Source: Minisyncoccales bacterium (lineage in GTDB: Bacteria > Patescibacteriota > Minisyncoccia > Minisyncoccales > UBA5738). From it: 55,401 bases of DNA. A program made the position numbers and the translations under genes. How positions within the stretch are numbered: the first letter of the stretch is position 1; each line of letters starts with the position of its first letter. The notes below the pieces were generated by a model, which was given only the letters and a program-made list of their open reading frames with translations, had not been told where the DNA came from and ran no database searches. This document shows positions 35,150 through 44,182 of this stretch, one piece after another. The stretch lies in contig JBARNX010000043.1 of assembly GCA_049641805.1 (NCBI GenBank), positions 1 to 55,401 on the forward strand, given 5' to 3'.

Positions 35150-35923
35150 CTATTTCGCTCTTCGTTTGACAATTAACTTACTGGTCCACTTTCTCGGATT
35201 GCGGGTACGAACGCCCATTGCCGGTTTGCCCCACGGAGTCTTGGGATGCCTCAATCCGATACCCGTCCGTCCCTCGCCGCCGCCATGCGGATGGTCGCAG
35301 GGATTCATCACCGAACCGCGCACCGTCGGCCGCCATCCTTTCCTTCTCATCGCGCCCGCAGTATGATAATTTTCGAATCGGTATTCCGGATGCGAGGTCT
35401 TGCCGATCGACGCGTAACATTCCGCCGGCACTTTCCTCACTTCTTTAGAAGGCATCTGCAATTGGACAAATTGGCCTTCGGTAGCCATCACCCGCGCCGC
35501 CGATCCGGCGGACCTTGCCATCTTCCCGCCTTTTCCGGGCTGTAATTCGATATTAAAAACTTCGGTACCGACCGGAATGTTTTTCAGCATCACGCGATTG
35601 CCGGTTTTGATCGCCGCGGTTTCGCCGCAAATGATGTCTGCCCCCGCCACCAATTCATCGGCCGCCAAAACATAGCGCCGGTCCCCGTCATCGTATTTCA
35701 CCAATGCCAAATACGCGGTGCGGTTCGGATCGTATTCCATGGCGATCACTTTTCCCGCGATTCCGAATTTTTCCTGTCCAAAATCAACCACGCGGTACAT
35801 CCTTTTGACGCCGCTGCCGCGATGGCGAACCGTGATCCGGCCGGAGAAATTCCTGCCCGCCTTGCTTTTTAACGGCCTAAGCAAATGCTTTTCCGGCCTT
35901 TTTTTGGATAATAAAACCTTCAT
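35150..35923 (-). CDS. rplB: 50S ribosomal protein L2 (short N-terminus)
   Basis: GRITVRHRGSGVKR.YR.VDF and GSVMNPCDHPHGGGEGR. The TTG track start at 35941 lies in hairpin D1 and was trimmed to the ATG at 35923. Confidence 0.92.
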   Translation of the reverse strand: MKVLLSKKRPEKHLLRPLKSKAGRNFSGRITVRHRGSGVKRMYRVVDFGQEKFGIAGKVIAMEYDPNRTAYLALVKYDDGDRRYVLAADELVAGADIICGETAAIKTGNRVMLKNIPVGTEVFNIELQPGKGGKMARSAGSAARVMATEGQFVQLQMPSKEVRKVPAECYASIGKTSHPEYRFENYHTAGAMRRKGWRPTVRGSVMNPCDHPHGGGEGRTGIGLRHPKTPWGKPAMGVRTRNPRKWTSKLIVKRRAK

Positions 35924-35929
35924 AATAAT

Positions 35930-36064
35930 TTCCAATGTCAAATTTCAAATGTCAAACAAAATCCTAATGCCAAATGTCAAAATAAAATACGGTAATTTAA
36001 TTTTGGCATTTGACATTTGAACTTTGGCATTTGTTTGAAATTTGTCATTTGGATTTTGACATTT
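35930..36064. repeat. Family-D hairpin (CAAATGTCAAA/TTTGACATTTG words), copy D1
   Basis: CCAATGTCAAATTTCAAATGTCAAACAAAATCCTAATGCCAAATGTCAAAAT ... TTTTGGCATTTGACATTTGAACTTTGGCATTTGTTTGAAATTTGTCATTTGG. Confidence 0.7.
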
Positions 36065-36480
36065 TATTTAGGCAGAACTTCAATGCTCTGGCCTTCCTTG
36101 ATTTTCACGATCGCCTTGCGATAGCCCGGTTCCGTGACAATTCCGCGGCCGCGCCGGCGCCGCTTGCCGGGGACATTCACCACATTCACGCCTACGACTT
36201 CCACTCCGTAATAATTTCCAATCGCGCGGGCAACTTCTTTTTTGTTCGCGCCGCTTGCCACTTTGAAAACATACTGGTTGATTTTCACAAGTTTTGAAGC
36301 CTTTTCGGTCACATGCGCGTGTTCCAAAACCCGCATTGCCTGTCCGCTGACTTTGCGAACGGTTTTAACGCTCTCGCCCGTTTTGGCGACGACGGATTTC
36401 TTTTCTTTTTTTAACGCCGCGCTTTTTTTAACGCCGGAATATTTGCCGCCCTCTTTTTTGAATATGTCGGTGATTGCCAT
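36064..36480 (-). CDS. rplW: 50S ribosomal protein L23 with a ~45-aa K-rich N-terminal extension
   Basis: TEKA........N.Y.FKV...ANK.EV..AI...Y.V.V..VN..N..GK.RR...........KA.V....G. Confidence 0.9.
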   Translation of the reverse strand: MAITDIFKKEGGKYSGVKKSAALKKEKKSVVAKTGESVKTVRKVSGQAMRVLEHAHVTEKASKLVKINQYVFKVASGANKKEVARAIGNYYGVEVVGVNVVNVPGKRRRRGRGIVTEPGYRKAIVKIKEGQSIEVLPK

Positions 36481-36482
36481 AG

Positions 36483-37202
36483 CTATTTCTTTTTATTCGC
36501 GGATTTCTTGGCGGTTTCGACGATCTTTACCGCTTCTTTTTTCTTGCTTTCGTCCGGCTTTTTGGCTGCGACCGCGCCAATATCGCTGATCGCTCCCACC
36601 GGCATCAACAAACATTTGGTATTCAACAAATCAAGAACATTGAGCTTGGCCGCTTCAATCGTTTTTACATCGGCAAGATTGCGGCTCGCCAAAACTTCGT
36701 TTTTGGCCGCCGCGGGCAACGCGATCATTATTTTTCCTTTTTTGAAATTATCGTTGACTTTTCTGACGCTTTCCAAAACTCGGAGCATTTCTTTGGTTTT
36801 AGGCTGGCTAACCGCCAAGCTTTCAAGAAAGAACAGCGAGTTGGCCGAAACTTTGGCCGTCAATATCATCGCCAGGGCTTTCCGTCTCATTTTCTTGTTG
36901 ATTTTTCCGCCGTAAATCTTTTCATTGGTCGGACCAAAAACCACTCCTCCATGGCGCCATTGCGGCGATCTGATTGATCCCTGCCGCGCGCGGCCGGTAC
37001 CCTTCTGCCTCCACGGTTTCTTGCCGCCGCCGGATACTTGGCCCCTGCCTTTCGTATGCGCCGTTGACTGCCGCCGGTTATTCATCTGGGTCGTCGCCAC
37101 CTGATAAACCAAATCTCGGTTCATCTTGACTTCAAACAAATCTTTCGGAAGTTCAATCGTCCCCGCGGCTTCCCCTTTTTGATTGTATGTCGTAACTTGC
37201 AT
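36483..37202 (-). CDS. rplD: 50S ribosomal protein L4 with a K-rich C-terminal extension
   Basis: GGGKKPWRQKGTGRARQGSIRSPQWRHGGVVFGP. Confidence 0.94.
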   Translation of the reverse strand: MQVTTYNQKGEAAGTIELPKDLFEVKMNRDLVYQVATTQMNNRRQSTAHTKGRGQVSGGGKKPWRQKGTGRARQGSIRSPQWRHGGVVFGPTNEKIYGGKINKKMRRKALAMILTAKVSANSLFFLESLAVSQPKTKEMLRVLESVRKVNDNFKKGKIMIALPAAAKNEVLASRNLADVKTIEAAKLNVLDLLNTKCLLMPVGAISDIGAVAAKKPDESKKKEAVKIVETAKKSANKKK

Positions 37203-37207
37203 ATTCT

Positions 37208-37317
37208 TAATTCAAAATGTAAAAATCAAAAATCAAAATCAAGGAATAATATATCGTTAAAATTTTTTTAAAAAATTTTAACTCCATAATTTTCAACTTT
37301 GATCTTTAAACTTTCAA
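37208..37317. repeat. Family-A repeat, copy A12 (inverted orientation)
   Basis: AATGTAAAAATCAAAAATCAAAATCAAGGAATAATATATCGTTAAAATTTTTTTAAAAAATTTTAACTCC..TTTTCAACTTTGATCTTTAAAC. Confidence 0.85.
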
Positions 37318-37914
37318 TTATCCCCGGATTTCCAATAGTGTTCCTTTTCTTCCCGGAACCGCGCCCAAAATTGCCATCAAATTCTTTTCCGCGTCAACCA
37401 TCACGATTTTCAAATTTTTCACGGTAACCCGGTCAACTCCCATCCGTCCCGGCATCTTCTTTCCTTTGCGAATCGCCGCGCCGCCCATTCCCACCGAACC
37501 GACATTGCGCAATTCGTGTTTAGTGCCGTGCGTGCAGGAAAGCCGTCCCTTGAAACCATGTTTTTTAACCGCCCCCTGAAAACCCTTGCCTTTGGAAAGG
37601 CCGGAAACTTTAATAATATCTCCCTCTTTGAAACTGTCCACCTTGACCGAATCGCCAGCTTTCAAATCCAAACCGCCGCCAATGCTCCGATATTCTTTAA
37701 TGGTCCGAAACGGCTTTCCCGCCTGACTCTTTTTGATCCGCTTTGAAGCGATATCGCCAAATCCCAACTGCACCGCCGCGTAACCGTCGTTTTCCTTGGT
37801 CTTTAATTGCGTCACCCGGCAAGGTCCGGCCTCAATCATCGTAACCGGCATCCTTTTGCCGCTGGCCGCGAAGATTTCTGTCATTCCGATTTTTTTTCCT
37901 AAAATGAATTTCAT
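37318..37914 (-). CDS. rplC: 50S ribosomal protein L3
   Basis: GKKIGMT.IF...G...PVT.IEAGPC.VTQ.KT...DGY.AVQLGF ... GKGFQG..K.HGF.G. Confidence 0.94.
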   Translation of the reverse strand: MKFILGKKIGMTEIFAASGKRMPVTMIEAGPCRVTQLKTKENDGYAAVQLGFGDIASKRIKKSQAGKPFRTIKEYRSIGGGLDLKAGDSVKVDSFKEGDIIKVSGLSKGKGFQGAVKKHGFKGRLSCTHGTKHELRNVGSVGMGGAAIRKGKKMPGRMGVDRVTVKNLKIVMVDAEKNLMAILGAVPGRKGTLLEIRG

Positions 37915-37933
37915 GTTGGCAGTTTAACAATGG

Positions 37934-37953
37934 AAAACCGGGCATAGCCCGGT
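37934..37953 (-). terminator. GC hairpin plus U tract between rpsJ and rplC (attenuator- or terminator-like)
   Basis: The minus strand reads ACCGGGC-UAU-GCCCGGU-UUUCC, 20 nt upstream of the rplC ATG. Confidence 0.45.
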
Positions 37954-38018
37954 CCCAACTATGGCTATTTCTTTAATATTTGATTTCAATATACTGGATC
38001 CAAAAGCAATTATTACGA

Positions 38019-38369
38019 TTACATTTTAATCTCAATATCCACGCCTGCCGGCAAAGTGAGATTCCGAAGCGAATCAATGACCTTGGGCGTCGGATTCACG
38101 ATGTCCAGCAAGCGCTTGTGCACCCGAATCTCGAATTGCTCCCGCGCGTCTTTATGGACGAATGTTGACCGGTTCACGGTGTATTTATGAATCTCAATCG
38201 GAAGCGGTATCGGCCCAAGAATTTCGGCGCCATAACGATTTATCGTCTCAATGATCTGCTTGGTGCAATTGTCAACCACCTTGTGGTCATATGCCCGAAG
38301 CTTAATCCTCAATTTGGGCCTGGAAGTTTCCTTGATCTCTTTATTTTTCTTTGTAATCGTTGATGCCAT
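38019..38369 (-). CDS. rpsJ: 30S ribosomal protein S10
   Basis: KLRIKLRAYDHK.VD........ET.......I.GPIPLP......TV.RS....K..REQFE.R.HKRL.DI. Confidence 0.94.
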   Translation of the reverse strand: MASTITKKNKEIKETSRPKLRIKLRAYDHKVVDNCTKQIIETINRYGAEILGPIPLPIEIHKYTVNRSTFVHKDAREQFEIRVHKRLLDIVNPTPKVIDSLRNLTLPAGVDIEIKM

Positions 38370-38470
38370 TTGTCTGCAATTCCATTAAATTTGCTTTTGG
38401 AATTTCCTTTTAAAAGTTTTGTTAATCGCGAGATTAATCAAGCCCGTCTTTATGTAATGCCGGCTTTAGC

Positions 38471-39670
38471 TTACTTTACTATTTTGGTTACCACGCCCGC
38501 TCCCACGGTTTTGCCGCCTTCGCGGATGGCGAATTTGGATTTCTCTTCCAGCGCGATCGGATTAATCAATTTCACATTGAAAGTGACCGTATCGCCGGGC
38601 ATCACCATTTCAACTCCGGGGTTCAAAGTTACCTCGCCGGTCACATCGCAGGTGCGAACATAAAATTGTGGCTTGTAACCGCTGAAGAACGGAGTATGGC
38701 GGCCGCCTTCTTCCTTGGTCAAAATGTAAACTTCGGAAGTGAATTCCGTGTGGGGAGTGATTGAGCCGGTCTTGGCAAGCACCTGCCCGCGTTCCACATC
38801 CTCTTTCTTCGTTCCGCGCAACAAAATACCCACATTGTCGCCCGCCCGGCCTTCATCCAAAATTTTCTGGAACATCTCAATCGAAACCGCGGTTGTCTTT
38901 GATGTGGGTTTGATACCGACTAATTCAACTTCCTCATTGGCATGCACGATGCCGCGCTCAATTCTGCCCGTTGCCACGGTCCCGCGGCCGGCAATCGAAA
39001 ACACATCTTCCACGGCCATCAAGAAAGGCTTATCGGTGTCGCGCACCGGTTCGGGAATATACTCGTCAACTTTATCCATTAAATCAAGGATTGGTTTCAC
39101 CGCCGGATCATCAACGGTTTTCGCGTCAAGCGCTTTCAGCGCGGACCCGCGCACGAAAGGAACTTCATCTCCGGGGAAATGGTATTTCTTCAATAATTCG
39201 CGCACTTCGGATTCCACCAAATCAATCATTTCCGGATCATCCACCATATCGCATTTGTTCAGGAACACTACCAAGGACGGCAAACCGACTTGGTGCGCCA
39301 GCAAAATGTGCTCGCGGGTTTGCGGCATCGCGCCGTCGTTGGCGGAAACCACCAAAATACCCCCATCCATCTGCGCCGCGCCGGTAATCATATTTTTGAT
39401 GTAATCGGCATGCCCCGGACAATCAATATGCGCATAGTGCCTCTTTTCGGTTTCATATTCCAAATGCGCGATGTTAATCGTCACGCCGCGCTGCTTCTCT
39501 TCCGGAGCCGAATCAATCTGATCAATTGATCTCAAGGTAACCTTATTTCCTTTGAGGCTCAAACAATGCAAAATTGCCGCGCTCAAAGTGGTTTTGCCAT
39601 GGTCAACATGGCCAATGGTACCAATGTTCAAATGAGATTTGCCTCTGACGAATTTTTCTTTTTCTGCCAT
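38471..39670 (-). CDS. tuf: Elongation factor Tu
   Basis: [18 protein letters not shown] and NKCD GTPase motifs. Full-length, 399 aa. Confidence 0.97.
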   Translation of the reverse strand: MAEKEKFVRGKSHLNIGTIGHVDHGKTTLSAAILHCLSLKGNKVTLRSIDQIDSAPEEKQRGVTINIAHLEYETEKRHYAHIDCPGHADYIKNMITGAAQMDGGILVVSANDGAMPQTREHILLAHQVGLPSLVVFLNKCDMVDDPEMIDLVESEVRELLKKYHFPGDEVPFVRGSALKALDAKTVDDPAVKPILDLMDKVDEYIPEPVRDTDKPFLMAVEDVFSIAGRGTVATGRIERGIVHANEEVELVGIKPTSKTTAVSIEMFQKILDEGRAGDNVGILLRGTKKEDVERGQVLAKTGSITPHTEFTSEVYILTKEEGGRHTPFFSGYKPQFYVRTCDVTGEVTLNPGVEMVMPGDTVTFNVKLINPIALEEKSKFAIREGGKTVGAGVVTKIVK

Positions 39671-39782
39671 AGGTTTTTTTGTTATAAATATAGTTAAAAA
39701 CTTAGATTAAAAAATACAAAAAATCGCAACAATCTTATTTTACTCATTTTCGGGAAAAAGTCAAATGCTTCCGGGAAAACGA

Positions 39783-39918
39783 CCAATTACCAATTCCCAA
39801 TTACCAATAAATGCCAGAATGTCCAATATCAAAATTCAAATTTCATTTATATTTTCAAATTGGACATTTTTAAATTTTGGAATTTATTGGAAATTTGTCA
39901 TTGGAAATTGGAAATTTC
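39783..39918. repeat. Family-C hairpin, copy C3 (largest)
   Basis: CCAATTACCAATTCCCAATTACCAAT ... ATTGGAAATTTGTCATTGGAAATTGGAAATTTCC, in the 249-nt tuf-fusA spacer. Confidence 0.65.
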
Positions 39919-39919
39919 C

Positions 39920-42028
39920 TTACTTTCTCTTTCCCGAAATAACTTCTTGGGCGACATTATTGGGAACTTCTTCGTAATGGTCGAATTCCATCGTGAATGT
40001 TCCCCGGCCCTGCGTCAACGAACGCAGATTTGTGGCATAACCGAACATTTCCGCCAGCGGCACTTTCACATTGATGATTTTGCTTTCCATCTGGTCGTCG
40101 GAATTTTCAATCTTGCCGCGACGCGACGACAGATCGCCAATCACATCTCCGAAAAATTCTTCCGGAATCGTCACTTCCAATTTCATTATCGGTTCAAGCA
40201 ATATCGGATTGGCTTTTCTGGCCGCGGTTTGCAGCGCCATCGAACCGGCGATCTTAAACGCCATTTCCGACGAATCAACTTCGTGGAACGAACCGTCATA
40301 TAGCGTCGCTTTCATATCCACCATCGGATAGCCGGCCACCACGCCCTTGGCCATGGCTTCCTCAATTCCTTTCTCGGTCGGTTTGATATATTCTTTGGGA
40401 ATGACGCCGCCTTTGATCTCGTCCGCAAATTCAAATCCTTCGCCGCGTTCCTTGGGTTCAAGCCTGATCCATACATCGCCGTACTGGCCGCGGCCGCCGG
40501 ATTGCTTAACGAATTTACCCTGCGCTTCGGAATTGGTTTTAATGGTTTCTTTATATGCCACCTGCGGGCGTCCCACATTGGCTTCAACTTTAAATTCGCG
40601 GCGCATCCGGTCAACCAAAATATCCAAATGCAATTCGCCCATGCCGCGGATAATAATCTCATTTGTTTCCTGGTCGGTTTCCACGCGGAAAGTCGGATCC
40701 TCATCGGACAGCTTCTTTAGCGCAAAACCCATTTTCTCTTGATCAGCCTTAGTCTTGGGCTCGATGCGAATCGAAATAACCGGTTCCGGAAAAGTAATCT
40801 TTTCAAGAATGATCGGATTATTTTCGTCGGAAAGGGTGTGCCCGGTGGAAGTGTTTTTCAAACCAACGGTTGCGGCAATATCGCCGGCATACACATCGTC
40901 AATCTCGGTACGGTCATTGGCATACATACGCAATAAGCGTCCGATCCTTTCCTTCTCTCCCGTGGTCGTGTTTAAAACATAGGATCCTTTTTTCAGATAA
41001 CCCGAGTAAACCCGGAAAAATGTCAGCGTCCCGACATACGGATCCGCCGCCACTTTAAACGCCAGCGCCGTGAACGGTTCATCGTCGGAAGGTCCGCGCA
41101 AAACCTCGGATTCGCCTTTCACCTCCATACCTTTCACCGGCGGCAAATCCAAAGGACTGGGCAAATAATAGCAAACCGCGTCAAGTACCGGTTGAACGCC
41201 GGTGTTTTTCAAGGACGAACCGTAAAATACCGGAATAATCGTTCCCTTCATCGTGGCCGCGCGCAAAACCCGGCGCAGATCGTTCAAAGCGATTTCTTCC
41301 CCGGCCAAATAGCTGTTCATTAAAGTTTCATCTTCCGCCACGATTTTTTCGATCAATTTGGCGCGCCATTCATTGGCCATTTCCACCATATCCGCCGGAA
41401 TTTCTTCCTCAACCACATCCTGGCCGTTATCGCCGTTAAAACGCACCGCTTTCATCGTCAGCAAATCAACCACGCCGCTCAACGCGCTTTCTTCTCCGAT
41501 CGGAATATTCGCGGCCACGGCGTTTTTGTTCAATTTTTTCCAAATGGACTGCAAACTGCGTTCAAAGCTGGCGCCTGTCCTATCCATCTTATTGATAAAA
41601 CAGATGCGCGGCACGGAATATTTGTCCGCTTGTCGCCACACGGTTTCGGATTGGGGCTGCACGCCGGCCACGCCGTCAAACACCACCACCGCACCGTCCA
41701 AGACGCGCAAAGCGCGCTGCACTTCGGCGGTAAAATCGATATGTCCGGGAGTGTCGATAATATTAAAGCGATGTTCATTGGTTTTCTGCTTGCTCAAATA
41801 CTCTCCCGGAGACCAAAAACAGGTCGTTGCCGCCGAAGTAATGGTGATACCGCGCTCGCGCTCCTGAGCCATCCAGTCCATAATGGCCGCGCCTTCGTGC
41901 ACCTCGCCAATCTTGTGCGACAAGCCGGTATAAAACAAAATCCGCTCGGATGTGGTGGTTTTGCCGGCATCGATATGAGCGATTACGCCGAAATTACGAT
42001 ATTTTTCAATTGGAGCTAAGCGTGGCAT
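39920..42028 (-). CDS. fusA: Elongation factor G
   Basis: [24 protein letters not shown] and NKMDR. The TTG track start at 42052 lies in repeat B1 and was trimmed to the ATG at 42028. Confidence 0.96.
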   Translation of the reverse strand: MPRLAPIEKYRNFGVIAHIDAGKTTTSERILFYTGLSHKIGEVHEGAAIMDWMAQERERGITITSAATTCFWSPGEYLSKQKTNEHRFNIIDTPGHIDFTAEVQRALRVLDGAVVVFDGVAGVQPQSETVWRQADKYSVPRICFINKMDRTGASFERSLQSIWKKLNKNAVAANIPIGEESALSGVVDLLTMKAVRFNGDNGQDVVEEEIPADMVEMANEWRAKLIEKIVAEDETLMNSYLAGEEIALNDLRRVLRAATMKGTIIPVFYGSSLKNTGVQPVLDAVCYYLPSPLDLPPVKGMEVKGESEVLRGPSDDEPFTALAFKVAADPYVGTLTFFRVYSGYLKKGSYVLNTTTGEKERIGRLLRMYANDRTEIDDVYAGDIAATVGLKNTSTGHTLSDENNPIILEKITFPEPVISIRIEPKTKADQEKMGFALKKLSDEDPTFRVETDQETNEIIIRGMGELHLDILVDRMRREFKVEANVGRPQVAYKETIKTNSEAQGKFVKQSGGRGQYGDVWIRLEPKERGEGFEFADEIKGGVIPKEYIKPTEKGIEEAMAKGVVAGYPMVDMKATLYDGSFHEVDSSEMAFKIAGSMALQTAARKANPILLEPIMKLEVTIPEEFFGDVIGDLSSRRGKIENSDDQMESKIINVKVPLAEMFGYATNLRSLTQGRGTFTMEFDHYEEVPNNVAQEVISGKRK

Positions 42029-42030
42029 AA

Positions 42031-42150
42031 AAATGCAAAATGTAAAAATCAAAGATCAAAATGACAATGTAAAATGTTAAAGTGTCGCGACATGGACATT
42101 TTGCAACTTTACATTGTCATTTTCCATTTTGATTTTTCAATTTTAAATTT
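42031..42150. repeat. Family-B hairpin repeat, copy B1
   Basis: AAAAATCAAAGATCAAAATGACAATGTAAAATGTTAAAGTGTCGCGACATGGACATTTTGCAACTTTACATTGTCATTTTCCATTTTGATTTTTC. Confidence 0.85.
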
Positions 42151-42167
42151 AAAATAATCTTTTCCAC

Positions 42168-42205
42168 AAAAAAACAGAAAGGGTAAATCATTCGCCTTTC
42201 TGTTT
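42168..42205 (-). terminator. Rho-independent terminator immediately after rpsG (inside the str operon)
   Basis: 11-bp stem AAACAGAAAGG/CCTTTCTGTTT, followed on the minus strand by UUUUUUUGUGG. Confidence 0.7.
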
Positions 42206-42216
42206 CTTTGATTAAA

Positions 42217-42684
42217 TTAAAACTTGAAATGTGCGAATGCCCGGTTTGCCTCGGCCATACGGTGCGTATCCTCTTTTTTCTTGATGGCCACGCCCGTGTT
42301 ATTGGCCGCGCCAATCAGCTCCTCGGCCAATTTGATCTTCATCGGCTGACCCTTCTTCTTGCGCGCCGATTCAAGCAACCAACGAACCGCCAGCGCAGTA
42401 CCCCTTTCCTTGACCACCGGCTTGGGTACTTGATAGGTCGCGCCGCCAACGCGCTGGGATTTAACTTCCAAAAGCGGGCGGGCGTTTTCCAAAGCCAGAT
42501 TGAAAACTTCCAGCGGATCTTTCTGGGTTTTCTCTTTCATTATATCCAAAGCGCCGTAAACGATCTTCTTGGCCGCGTTCTTCTTACCCTTCTTCATTAT
42601 ATGGTTAATGATCTGGGAAATTAAAACGCTGTTATAAATCGCGTCCGGAGCAATTTCTTTTTTTGTATTTTTCTTGCCGCTCAT
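42217..42684 (-). CDS. rpsG: 30S ribosomal protein S7
   Basis: PD..YNS.L....IN..M..GKK..A..IVY.AL ... ARKKKG.PM...LA.E.I.AANN.G.A.KKKED.HRMAEAN.AFAHF. Confidence 0.93.
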   Translation of the reverse strand: MSGKKNTKKEIAPDAIYNSVLISQIINHIMKKGKKNAAKKIVYGALDIMKEKTQKDPLEVFNLALENARPLLEVKSQRVGGATYQVPKPVVKERGTALAVRWLLESARKKKGQPMKIKLAEELIGAANNTGVAIKKKEDTHRMAEANRAFAHFKF

Positions 42685-42696
42685 AAAATTCAACTT

Positions 42697-42772
42697 TTGA
42701 CTATTGACTGTTTACTTTTAACGAAAACGCGAATTTGAATTTAGTCAACGGTTAATAGTTAATGGTTAATGA
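42697..42772. repeat. Family-F-like hairpin, copy F3
   Basis: TTGACTATTGACTGTTTACTTTTAAC ... GTCAACGGTTAATAGTTAATGGTTAA. Confidence 0.5.
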
Positions 42773-42776
42773 TAAT

Positions 42777-43187
42777 TTATTTGCCCTTTTTGACGCCGTA
42801 TTTCGATCTTTCCTGCTTGCGCTTCTCCACTCCGGTGCAATCAAGCTTGCCGCGCACGATATGATAACGCACGCCCGGAAGATCTTTTACGCGGCCGCCG
42901 CGGATCAACACGATCGAATGTTCCTGCAATTTGTGGCCTTCGCCCGGAATATAAGCCGTAACTTCCATGCCGTTGGTCAACTTCACCCTGGCCACCTTGC
43001 GCAACGCCGAATTCGGTTTCTTGGGAGTCGAGGTAAATACTTTGGTGCAAATGCCGCGCTTCAAGGGCGAACTGTAATTCCGGCCCCGGTTTTTCAAAGT
43101 ATTAAAACCAAACGCCAGCGCCGGCGATTTGGTTTTATGCACGCGCTTCGTCCGCTTATGTTTAATCAATTGGTGAATAGTTGCCAT
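42777..43187 (-). CDS. rpsL: 30S ribosomal protein S12
   Basis: MATIHQLIK......K.KSPAL......[61 protein letters not shown]. The track start at 43316 was trimmed to the ATG at 43187. Confidence 0.95.
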   Translation of the reverse strand: MATIHQLIKHKRTKRVHKTKSPALAFGFNTLKNRGRNYSSPLKRGICTKVFTSTPKKPNSALRKVARVKLTNGMEVTAYIPGEGHKLQEHSIVLIRGGRVKDLPGVRYHIVRGKLDCTGVEKRKQERSKYGVKKGK

Positions 43188-43211
43188 AGCAAAATGTATT
43201 GCGAATTTTAA

Positions 43212-43249
43212 AAGGTCGTTCCTCGGCGTGCTCGCCGAGGTGCGACCTT
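43212..43249 (-). promoter_or_regulatory. Strong GC hairpin plus U-rich tract in the rpsL leader (terminator- or attenuator-like), ending 24 nt before the rpsL ATG
   Basis: AAGGTCG-TT-CCTCGGCG-TGCT-CGCCGAGG-TG-CGACCTT, i.e. 15 paired positions. Confidence 0.55.
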
Positions 43250-43350
43250 GGTAAACTGCATTCTGAATTCGTGTATCAAACAAAATATAATTACCACAAT
43301 AAAAAATAAAAGTCAAACTAGTTTATACTTATTGTTTATACTTATTATAT

Positions 43351-43388
43351 TATTCTATAATTTTAGCTATGGCTAAAATTATAGAATA
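43351..43388. promoter_or_regulatory. Perfect 17-bp-arm palindrome carrying a TATAAT on each strand (candidate operator or -10 region upstream of the str operon)
   Basis: TATTCTATAATTTTAGC-TATG-GCTAAAATTATAGAATA. Preceded by a tandem 13-mer, GTTTATACTTATT x2, at 43321-43346. Confidence 0.45.
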
Positions 43389-43535
43389 TATTGGTTTTAT
43401 GAAAAAAATCCACATTGCTCAATCCTATACAATTCTCGCGATGGCAACTTTCATATGGGTCTGATTTTGTCCAAAATAAACCGAAGAGCGGGCTCCACAC
43501 CGAAATCCGTTTTCACTTTTAATTTAGAAACAGAT

Positions 43536-44168
43536 CTACACCGGCGGGACGCCCACGATCAGGCGATATAAGAACATCAGGATGGGATCCATGATCGGAG
43601 AAAGGAAGTAGATTATTATGAAAAGAAAAACGAATCCGTACCGCTGGAGAAAAATTTTGAAATCTTCCTGCGACGGCGGCAAAAGCGCGAACAAAATATG
43701 CGAGCCGTCCAGCGGCGGAATCGGAATGAGGTTGAAAACCGCCAACACCAAATTAATAATTACCACCGACTGCGCCAAAGTGTAAAAACCGGCGCTCACC
43801 GGGTCCAAGATTACCGGCCAAAACCTTAATATCAAGCCAAAAATCGCCGCCAGAGCGAAATTCGCGGCCACGCCCGCAACCGCCACTTTGACTTGGCCGT
43901 ATTTTTGATCGCGGAAATTATAAGGATTGATCGGCACGGGTTTGGCCCATCCGAAAATGAACGGCGACCGCAACAAGATCAATAACAAAGGCAAGAAAAA
44001 CGAACCGACCCAATCAAGATGCTTCAACGGATTTAAAGTTAAACGGCCGGCGTATTTTGCCGTGGGATCGCCCAGCGAATTTGCCACCGCGCCGTGCGCC
44101 ACCTCGTGGATAACCACCGAAAAAATCAGCGCGATAATTGAAAAAATTAAAATTAAAATTTCAGCCAT
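43536..44168 (-). CDS. Site-2 protease family (peptidase M50) membrane metalloprotease
   Basis: HEVAHG (HExxH) in the first transmembrane helix, and NLIPIPPLDGSH. The track start at 44213 was trimmed to the ATG at 44168. Confidence 0.8.
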   Translation of the reverse strand: MAEILILIFSIIALIFSVVIHEVAHGAVANSLGDPTAKYAGRLTLNPLKHLDWVGSFFLPLLLILLRSPFIFGWAKPVPINPYNFRDQKYGQVKVAVAGVAANFALAAIFGLILRFWPVILDPVSAGFYTLAQSVVIINLVLAVFNLIPIPPLDGSHILFALLPPSQEDFKIFLQRYGFVFLFIIIYFLSPIMDPILMFLYRLIVGVPPV

Positions 44169-44182
44169 AAAATTAGACAAAG

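Noticed and set aside
27631-37317. Regularly spaced, near-identical repeats might suggest a CRISPR array.
   Set aside because: The repeat units are about 110 nt, internally palindromic and present in both orientations. The supposed spacers are 200-800-nt conserved ribosomal-protein genes. No cas genes are present.
43399-43464. A 21-codon plus-strand ORF (MKKIHIAQSYTILAMATFIWV) in the rpsL upstream spacer, as a possible small hydrophobic peptide or type I toxin.
   Set aside because: There is no ribosome-binding context, no partner antisense structure I could see, and the length is within chance expectation for AT-rich DNA.
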